Shown in pieces: positions 57,393-64,000 of a stretch of 64,000 bases of DNA. The stretch is from an uncultured Collinsella sp. (GTDB lineage Bacteria > Actinomycetota > Coriobacteriia > Coriobacteriales > Coriobacteriaceae), in assembly GCA_900541645.1 (NCBI GenBank), contig UQKQ01000001.1, forward strand, positions 113,741 through 177,740, in the 5' to 3' direction. Numbering within the stretch: position 1 is the first letter of the stretch; each line of letters begins with the position of its first letter. The translations under genes and the position numbers were made by a program. The notes below the pieces were generated by a model. The model saw only the letters and a program-made list of their open reading frames with translations, had not been told where the DNA came from and ran no database searches.

Positions 57393-59213
57393 ATGTCCGT
57401 TGAGGTCATGAGGTCTGTGATCGATGCTGCCGAGGGGCGCGTGCCCGTCGACACGCTGTTTACCAATGCGCAGATTGTCGACGTGTATGGCCAGCGTGTG
57501 GCGCCCGGCAGCGTTGCCGTCAAGGACGGTGTGATCGTCGGCGTGCTCTACGACGGTCGCGACGATGCCGCCGGCACCTACGAGGCGACCGAGGTCATTG
57601 ACTGCCAGGGCCGCTATCTCGCCCCCGGCTTTATCGACGGACATCTGCACATTGAGTCCTCGAACATCCGTCCCGCCGAGTATGCGCGCATGGCGGCGAC
57701 GCGCGGTACCACCACCGCTATTGCCGACAGCCACGAGATCGCCAACGTTTCCGGCCTGGACGGCCTGCGCTTTATGATCGAGGACGGCCGTCGCGCACCC
57801 ATCTCCATCAAGTACATGATGCCCTCGTGCGTGCCCGCGCTGCCCGATGAGCAAGCAGGCGCTGTGATTACCGCCGCTGACATGCAGGCGTTTTTTGCCG
57901 AGCATCCGGGCGATGTCTTTGGCCTGGGCGAAATGATGAACTTGCCGGGCGTCTTTATGGCCGATCCCGAGACCTGCGCTCGCATCGATGCTGCTAACCA
58001 GACGCCGTCCAAGCAAGTCGACGGTCATGCCCCGCTCGTTGCCGGCAAGGACCTCAACGCCTATGCTGCAGCAGGCATTATCGCCGACCACGAGTCGACG
58101 ATTCCCGAGGAGGCGCTCGACAAGCTGTCTCGCGGCATGTACGTGATGCTGCGCGAGGGTACGTGCAGCCATGATCTGGCCAACCTGTCGCCGATGCTGC
58201 TGGAGAATCCCGCGCGCGCCCGCCGCTGCTGCTTTGCGACTGACGACCGCGCTCCTTCCGATGCGCTTGCAACCGGCATGATCGACAATGCCTGCCGCGT
58301 GGCGATTGAGGCCGGTATCGACCCCGTGGTCGCTATCTCTATGGCGTCCCTCTCCACGGCCGAGGCGTTTGGCCTGGATCACGGCTGCCGCGACCCGCAC
58401 GAGCTCCGCGGTGCGATTGCCCCGGGCAAGCGTGCCGACCTGCTGGTGCTCAATGACCTGACGTTTGCCACGGCTCCGCATCGTGTATATGCCGCCGGTG
58501 CCCTGGTGGCGCAGGACGGCACCTTTGTGGGCGAGATCGCACCCGAGATGGCCGAGGTTGCGGCCCTTGCCGATGAGCTGCGCGCCTCCGTTAAGCTGCC
58601 GAATCTTTCGCTCGACGTATTCGACTATGCCTTTAAGCCGGGCGAGGCCGTGATTGACGTGGTGCCGGGCAAGGCCATCACGGGCATGGTTCGTCCCGAG
58701 AGCGCCGAGGGCCTGCGCCGTATTATGCTGATCGAGCGCCACGGCCGCGGTGTGTCACTGCAGGCCGGGGGCGCCGACGGTGATGGTCCTGCGGGCCTGG
58801 GACTCGTTGGCAAGCATATCGGCCGCGGCTGGGTGCGCGGCTTTACCATCACGGGTGGTGCCATCGCCTCGACGATCGGACACGACTCGCACAACGTGTG
58901 CGTCGTGGGCGACAATGCGGCGGATATGATGACTGCCGTTGAGGCCGTGGGCCAGGGCGGTCACGTGCTGGTGCGCAACGGCGAGGTCGTGGCGCGCATT
59001 CCGCTGGCGCTCGGTGGCCTTATGAGCGAGGGCACGGCCGAGGACGTTGCCGCGCAGCACGACGACTTTATGATCAAGGCGCGTGCCATGGGCATCGAGC
59101 CGCCGCTCGACCCCATCATGGGCATCATTTTCCTGCCCCTGCCGGTGATCCCGACGCTCCGCATCCGCCCCGAGGGCATGTTCGACGTCACGACCTTCAC
59201 CTACGCCGACTAG
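57393..59213 (+). CDS. ade: Adenine deaminase
   Basis: ATG 6 nt after AAAGGAG; amidohydrolase metal site (FIDGHLHIESS) and Ade-family length (~606 aa). Confidence 0.85.
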   Translation: MSVEVMRSVIDAAEGRVPVDTLFTNAQIVDVYGQRVAPGSVAVKDGVIVGVLYDGRDDAAGTYEATEVIDCQGRYLAPGFIDGHLHIESSNIRPAEYARMAATRGTTTAIADSHEIANVSGLDGLRFMIEDGRRAPISIKYMMPSCVPALPDEQAGAVITAADMQAFFAEHPGDVFGLGEMMNLPGVFMADPETCARIDAANQTPSKQVDGHAPLVAGKDLNAYAAAGIIADHESTIPEEALDKLSRGMYVMLREGTCSHDLANLSPMLLENPARARRCCFATDDRAPSDALATGMIDNACRVAIEAGIDPVVAISMASLSTAEAFGLDHGCRDPHELRGAIAPGKRADLLVLNDLTFATAPHRVYAAGALVAQDGTFVGEIAPEMAEVAALADELRASVKLPNLSLDVFDYAFKPGEAVIDVVPGKAITGMVRPESAEGLRRIMLIERHGRGVSLQAGGADGDGPAGLGLVGKHIGRGWVRGFTITGGAIASTIGHDSHNVCVVGDNAADMMTAVEAVGQGGHVLVRNGEVVARIPLALGGLMSEGTAEDVAAQHDDFMIKARAMGIEPPLDPIMGIIFLPLPVIPTLRIRPEGMFDVTTFTYAD

Positions 59214-59218
59214 TCATC

Positions 59219-59249
59219 GGGGACGTTCTTAAACGACTAGTCGTCGGGG
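59219..59249. repeat. Inverted-repeat partner L (GGGGACGTTCTTAAACGACTAGTCGTCGGGG), flanking the HAD gene with 60277–60305
   Basis: The reverse complement of 60277–60305 is GGGGATGTTCTTAAGACTAGTCACTGGGG. Confidence 0.55.
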
Positions 59250-59411
59250 TGGCGTGTCGCCTGGCGTCGCGACCGTAGGACCTCTAGCATGTGTGAGCTA
59301 TTTGCCAGGTCCTTGTAACGTTTACGCCCGCGGAGTCTTATTTGAGCTCCCTTTGGGTACGTTGGAATTGGATATACGTCCGATTCCATCAAGCCCGAAG
59401 GGAGCTTTTCT

Positions 59412-60206
59412 ATGTTTAAACTGATTGCATCCGATATGGACGGCACGTTGCTTGACGAAAACAGCCAGGTGCCTCCCGAGACCTACGAACTGATTCTGGC
59501 GCTACACGAGCATGGCGTGCATTTCGCCGCATCGTCAGGCCGTCGTTACGACCGCCTGTGCGAGTTCTTTGCACCTGTTCGCGACAAGATGGACTTTGTC
59601 GCCGCTAACGGCGCCCAGGTCTACGCCGACGGTAAGATGGTAGACCGCGAGGTGTATTCGCACCTGGCGATTCGAAGGCTCGCCCAGGCCGTCGCGACGT
59701 TTCCCAATCTGCATCTTGCACTTTTTGACCGAACCAAGTCCTTCTTGCTCGATGACGAGTGCAAGTTCGTGCGTGAGGTCGATAAGGACCTTCCCAATGC
59801 CGAGCGCATTTGGGAGCTGCCCGATCCCAGCGTAAATATCATCAAGGCGAGTATCTTTTGCGATGACGGTGCCGTTATGGACAGCGCTTACGTACTACAG
59901 CGCGAACTCGGTCAGCTCTTTACTTTTGCGCCTTCGGGCAACGCGTGGATCGATGCCATGCAGCCCGGCGTGTCGAAGGCCTCGGGCATCGCGCAGCTCG
60001 CGGAGCATTACGAGATTGGACGCGACGAGGTCATGGCGTTTGGCGACTCGATGAACGACTACGAGATCATTCGCTTTGTCGGCACGGGCTGCGCGATGGA
60101 AAACGCGCGTCCCGCGCTCAAGGCGGTGGCCGATCGTGTCGTAGGCTGCAACCGCGACCACGCCGTTCAGCATGAGCTCCGTCGCGTGCTGGAGAGTCTC
60201 TCCTAA
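59412..60206 (+). CDS. Cof-type HAD-IIB family hydrolase
   Basis: N-terminal DMDGTLL, and a C-terminal GDSMNDYEI. Confidence 0.8.
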   Translation: MFKLIASDMDGTLLDENSQVPPETYELILALHEHGVHFAASSGRRYDRLCEFFAPVRDKMDFVAANGAQVYADGKMVDREVYSHLAIRRLAQAVATFPNLHLALFDRTKSFLLDDECKFVREVDKDLPNAERIWELPDPSVNIIKASIFCDDGAVMDSAYVLQRELGQLFTFAPSGNAWIDAMQPGVSKASGIAQLAEHYEIGRDEVMAFGDSMNDYEIIRFVGTGCAMENARPALKAVADRVVGCNRDHAVQHELRRVLESLS

Positions 60207-60217
60207 TCCGGCAGCTG

Positions 60218-60253
60218 GCGACGTTCCTTTTCTGCCGACAGTGGGGGACAGTC
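60218..60253. repeat. 31-bp repeat-family copy (GACGTTCCTTTTCTGCCGACAGTGGGGGACAGTCC), related to 3948–4013
   Basis: Direct comparison with the tandem copies upstream of the oxidoreductase. Confidence 0.55.
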
Positions 60254-60276
60254 CTTGCAGCTTTTTGCGAAGAGTG

Positions 60277-60305
60277 TCCCCAGTGACTAGTCTTAAGAAC
60301 ATCCC
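60277..60305. repeat. Inverted-repeat partner R (CCCCAGTGACTAGTCTTAAGAACATCCCC)
   Basis: See 59219–59249. Confidence 0.55.
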
Positions 60306-60322
60306 CAGTGACTGGCCAATGA

Positions 60323-61165
60323 CTAGGCGAGGGCGGCCATGATGGTGCGGGCGACGCCGTCGTGGTCGTTGTCGTATTCGGTGATGGCGTCGGCGGCCTC
60401 GCGGTCTTCGGACTCGGCGTTGATCATGGCCATGCCGTGGCCCGCTGCCTGCAGCATGGGGATGTCGTTGATGTTGTCGCCGAACGCCCAGGCGTCGGCG
60501 AGACGCTCGCCCAGATGCTCACATAGCCACGTGAGGGCTGTCCCCTTGGTGGCGCCCTCACCCATGACCTCGATATTCATGGCGTAAGAACGCGTGATCT
60601 CAATGCCTCCGAGCGTGTCGAGCGCCGCCGCGATGGCGTCGCGATCGGCCGGGTCGTGCCAGTACATGGCGATGCGTTCGAGCGTCTCGACCTCGTCGAT
60701 CTTGCTGTCGATATCCATGTCGATCGGTGTTCGTGTGCGCTTGAGCGAAGCCGCGATGTGGGGGTCGCCGCCGCAGAACTCATCCAGGCGCCCGTAAAGC
60801 GAGCGGGGGAGGAAGCACTGTCCATCCGCGAAGATATCGAAGGTCACATCGTGGCCGGCGGCAATGCGATGGATGCGGTGGGCAATGCCGCAATCGAGCG
60901 GACGGCTCAAGATGCGCGTGGCGCACGAGGCGTCGGTGGGCACATCGTCGTCGAGTTGCCAGACGCTGGCGCCGTTGGCACAGACCGCGTAGTGTACGGC
61001 GGAATGGGCGAGAATGGGCTCAAAGATGCCCGACAGCGGACGCCCCGTGCAGGGAACAAACTCGATGCCACGACGTGCGAGCTCGTCGAGCATTGCCCAA
61101 GTGGCGTCGCTCATCTGCTTATCGCTCGTCAGCAGTGTTCCGTCCATATCGGAAAACACAATCAT
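60323..61165 (-). CDS. Cof-type HAD-IIB family hydrolase (second, convergent)
   Basis: MIVFSDMDGTLL…; C-terminal GDNINDIPM. Confidence 0.8.
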   Translation of the reverse strand: MIVFSDMDGTLLTSDKQMSDATWAMLDELARRGIEFVPCTGRPLSGIFEPILAHSAVHYAVCANGASVWQLDDDVPTDASCATRILSRPLDCGIAHRIHRIAAGHDVTFDIFADGQCFLPRSLYGRLDEFCGGDPHIAASLKRTRTPIDMDIDSKIDEVETLERIAMYWHDPADRDAIAAALDTLGGIEITRSYAMNIEVMGEGATKGTALTWLCEHLGERLADAWAFGDNINDIPMLQAAGHGMAMINAESEDREAADAITEYDNDHDGVARTIMAALA

Positions 61166-61250
61166 TTGATGCAGCCCTTTCTATTGGCAAAAAAGCGTGG
61201 CCAAGGGCTTGGGTCCCTGGCCACGCTCAAGATCTATAACGGTCCGCGTC

Positions 61251-62669
61251 CTATCGGTCGGCGAGTGGCTTGTACTCCAGCGGCTCGATCACCGGACGAT
61301 AGGCCGGGCGAATAATACGGTGCGCGCAGAAGAGCTCTTCCATGCGGTGCGCCGACCAGCCGGCCATGCGGGCGACGGCGAATAGCGGCGTAAAGAGCGT
61401 CTCGGGCACGCCGAGCATCTTGTAGATAAAGCCTGTGTACAGGTCGATGTTGGCGCAGATGGGCTTGGTCATGCCGTGGTCGCGCATGACCTGGGGTGCC
61501 AGGCGCTCGATACGCTCGATGAGTGCGAATTCCTCGCCCAGGTCCTTCTTGGCGGCAAGTGTGCGCGCGTAACGGCGGCATACCTCGGCGCGCGGGTCGC
61601 TGAGCGTATAGACGGCGTGGCCCATGCCGTAGATGAGGCCCGTGCCGTCGAAGGCCTGCTTGTCGAGGATCTTGCCCAGGTAGGCCGCGACCTCGTCCTC
61701 GTCCTCCCAATTGGAGACATGCGCACGGATGTCCTCGTGCATGGACACGACCTTGGCATTGGCACCGCCGTGGCGCGGGCCCTTGAGCGAGCCGATAGCC
61801 GCGGCGTAGGCGGAATACGGGTCGGTGGCCGAAGACGACAGCACGCGGCAAGCGAAGGTGGAGTTGTTGCCGCCGCCGTGCTCGGCATGCAGCATGAGCA
61901 TCACGTCGAGCAGCATCGCCTCATCGCGGGTGAACGCCATGCCGCCGCGCAGGACCTGTAGGATGGTCTCGGCGGTGGAGAGACCGGGCGTGGGGTGCGG
62001 CACGTGAACCTCGGAGCCGCGAAGCTTGGCGACCGAGGCCATGTGTGCGAAGGCGGCGATGCGCGGGAGACGTGCGAGCATGGAAATGGCGACGTCGATC
62101 TCATGCTCGGGCGTAATCGCGTCGGGCTCGGCGTCGAAGGCGTAAAGCAGCAACACGGCGCGCTGGAGCACATTCATGATGCTCGACGACACCGTGGTCA
62201 TGGGGAACTCTTTGACGTATTCGTCGCTCAGATGCCTAAAGGCGCCCAAGCGCTCGCAAAAACCGTCGAGCTCCTCTTTGTTGGGCAGCGAGCCCGTGAT
62301 AAGCAGATAGGCGACTTCTTCGTAGCCATAGCGATTCTCGGACTGGGCATTGTTGACCAGATCCTCGATGCTATAGCCGCGCAGCGTGAGCTTGCCCTGG
62401 TCGGGCACGACTTTGCCGTCGACCTTGTTGTAGCCGTGCACGTCCGAGATACGGGTAAGGCCCGCGACCACGCCCGAGCCGTCGGCATTGCGCAGGCCGC
62501 GCTTGACGTTATGCTCGACGAACAGACCCTCGTCGTACGGATCAGTCGGCAGGCCGTGGTAGAGGTTTTCGCTTTCGGGCGAAATCTGGCGGCTCGCCTC
62601 ATAATCCAAGACCAGGCGGCTCAGATGGTCATCGAAGCGGTAGTAGATTTTCTTGGCGTCGTAAGCCAT
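61251..62669 (-). CDS. Citrate synthase
   Basis: 472 aa with the conserved catalytic His/Asp region (GYGHAVY-like: GMGHAVY). Confidence 0.85.
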   Translation of the reverse strand: MAYDAKKIYYRFDDHLSRLVLDYEASRQISPESENLYHGLPTDPYDEGLFVEHNVKRGLRNADGSGVVAGLTRISDVHGYNKVDGKVVPDQGKLTLRGYSIEDLVNNAQSENRYGYEEVAYLLITGSLPNKEELDGFCERLGAFRHLSDEYVKEFPMTTVSSSIMNVLQRAVLLLYAFDAEPDAITPEHEIDVAISMLARLPRIAAFAHMASVAKLRGSEVHVPHPTPGLSTAETILQVLRGGMAFTRDEAMLLDVMLMLHAEHGGGNNSTFACRVLSSSATDPYSAYAAAIGSLKGPRHGGANAKVVSMHEDIRAHVSNWEDEDEVAAYLGKILDKQAFDGTGLIYGMGHAVYTLSDPRAEVCRRYARTLAAKKDLGEEFALIERIERLAPQVMRDHGMTKPICANIDLYTGFIYKMLGVPETLFTPLFAVARMAGWSAHRMEELFCAHRIIRPAYRPVIEPLEYKPLADR

Positions 62670-62748
62670 GCGCGCTCCTCTCGGGGCCGTATGGGGGGCG
62701 GCGTGCTTGGGTGCAGATGCGCCGGCCTGTTCCCGTACGGCCTGTTCG

Positions 62749-63036
62749 CTACAGGCGGTACATAAAGTTAAAGACGTCCTCGCGCTGGATGGACACGTTG
62801 ACGCCCGAAAGCTCGCCGGCCTCGGCCAGCGCCTTCTGCAGCTCGGCGAAGTCGAGCTTGGACTCGGCGGTGTCGGCCAGCATGGTCATGGTGAAGATGT
62901 CCTCGATAATGGACTGCGTGATGTCGCGGATGTCGACATTGGCCTCGCCCAAAACGCGGGTGACGCCGGCGACGATGCCGGGGCGGTTCTTGCCAAGGAC
63001 GGTGATGACGATGCGGGAGGACGAGATCTCGGCCAT
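62749..63036 (-). CDS. ACT-domain protein (UPF0237-like)
   Basis: 95 aa; ACT-domain pattern (VITVLGKNRPGIVAGVTRVL). Confidence 0.7.
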   Translation of the reverse strand: MAEISSSRIVITVLGKNRPGIVAGVTRVLGEANVDIRDITQSIIEDIFTMTMLADTAESKLDFAELQKALAEAGELSGVNVSIQREDVFNFMYRL

Positions 63037-63432
63037 GGGAAACCCTTTCGCGTGGTTGCGGCGCGCGCGGGGCGCTCCGCTACGGTACAGTGTTCATCAT
63101 TGTACCTGTCTGGCGCAAAAAAGGCGCGCTCGCTGCGGCGTTACATGCCTGCAACATGAGCGTAAGGGGGAAGGCCGTACGGGGAAGAGCCGTCTGGCGC
63201 GTGTCCGGCTCGTGTTGGGTTGATTTCCGATCTCAGCCGAACACATTGAGCGGACAGGCCGTTCCCGCAGTCAGCCGAACGCCTCCGACGGCTGATTCCG
63301 AACTGGAAGCGGAGGGCATCCCCGCCCTTCGGTAGGGGATACCGCTCCGCGGCGCATGCCGCGGGCGGCGCCCCTATCGGACCACCGTGACCTCAGTTGG
63401 GATGGGCCCAGCACTGCCGCGTACTCGGTGAG

Positions 63433-64000
63433 CTAGAGCCAACTGTTCGTCTTCACGGCGCGTATGGCGATATTTCGGTCGTCCGGCTCGGTGATGCCGT
63501 AGCCGAACGCCTGGAGCGTCTCGATGGACTCCTGGATCCTCTGTTGGAACATGGGACCCGGATCGACCCTCGGCCCGAGGTGCCCGCGCCAAAGGCACGG
63601 CGTGGCGTGCAGCATGTTATGGATTTTGGAGATGGGCTCGATGTCGGCGTAGACGTTGAGCGTCGCCATGGCGTCCTTGTGGCCGAGGATCGATTGGAGC
63701 GCCTTGATATCGCCGCCTTGGCGGATCCACTGCGTTGCGAACGTGTGGCGAAGGCCGTGGAACGTGATCAGCTCGTCGTTGGTGCCCATGAGGCCGTTGG
63801 TCTCCGAGAACGTCTTGAACGCCCTGCGGATATAGCTTGTCGTCGCGAAGGTCGCGCCCGGCTCCGACAGGATGTAGCAGTCCCCGATCTCGACCGCCCC
63901 GGTAAGGCCGCGCAAGCGCAGCTTTCCGCAGTCGATCTCGTGGGTCTCCTTCAGGAAGGGGAGTAGGCCGACCGGGTCGATGGGGATACCCCTGGCGTCA
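63433..64000 (-). CDS. Tyrosine-type site-specific recombinase/integrase (C-terminal catalytic domain; 5' end beyond window)
   Basis: R..HGLRHTFAT…LGH….Y catalytic tetrad region, with an unusually long ~70-aa tail after the catalytic Tyr. The frame is open to the window edge. Confidence 0.7.
   Translation of the reverse strand, partial: DARGIPIDPVGLLPFLKETHEIDCGKLRLRGLTGAVEIGDCYILSEPGATFATTSYIRRAFKTFSETNGLMGTNDELITFHGLRHTFATQWIRQGGDIKALQSILGHKDAMATLNVYADIEPISKIHNMLHATPCLWRGHLGPRVDPGPMFQQRIQESIETLQAFGYGITEPDDRNIAIRAVKTNSWL

Noticed and set aside
63037-63432. tRNA gene adjacent to the integrase fragment
   Set aside because: No cloverleaf-compatible T-arm or anticodon-arm segments could be assembled by eye. 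This needs tRNAscan to exclude.

Overview
The window is a 64-kb high-GC (~65%) bacterial chromosomal segment. Gene content and RBS style suggest Actinomycetota, possibly Coriobacteriia; that placement is inference only.

Layout:
(1) 1–3.3 kb: the tail of a mannose-family PTS locus (EIID partial, EIIA) with an intracellular GH172/DUF2961 hydrolase and a ROK fructokinase.
(2) 4.3–9.7 kb: a Gfo/Idh/MocA oxidoreductase, a DeoR regulator, and a U32-peptidase/RluA RNA-modification pair.
(3) 10.5–20.9 kb and 27.1–38.6 kb: two halves of a selenium-dependent molybdenum hydroxylase (E. coli ygeW–xdhD type) purine-catabolism supercluster. Each half has its own YheO-like PAS/HTH regulator and its own NCS2 nucleobase permease. 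Recognised members are ssnA, ygfK, a 4Fe-4S ferredoxin, xdhD-like, dpaL/ygeX, ygeY, ygeW, mocA/ygfJ-like, hyuA-like, yqeC, a yqeB-family protein and xdhC.
(4) 20.9–27.1 kb: a roughly 6-kb accessory island splits that supercluster. It carries two arrays of ~62-bp hairpin-forming tandem repeats flanking a DUF559/AbiEi-like gene that is frameshifted at a G8 tract. It also carries a 3×23-bp and a 4×33-bp tandem direct-repeat block, an N-terminally truncated AAA/DUF4143 ATPase fragment, a DnaQ-like exonuclease gene interrupted by an in-frame TGA, and AT-richer patches.
(5) 38.9–49.6 kb: the spc/alpha ribosomal operon (rplE…rplQ, with secY, adk, map, infA, rpmJ, rpoA), then truA.
(6) 49.7–64 kb: a GT2-like protein, argR, a class A PBP, a second U32 peptidase, tyrS, adenine deaminase, two Cof-type HAD hydrolases, citrate synthase, an ACT protein, and a tyrosine recombinase fragment running off the window end.

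Several short repeat families sit at gene 3' ends. These include a duplicated 40-bp terminator hairpin bracketing an array of alternating 15-mers, a dispersed 31-bp repeat family, and inverted repeats flanking one HAD gene. No rRNA, tRNA or CRISPR array was identified.
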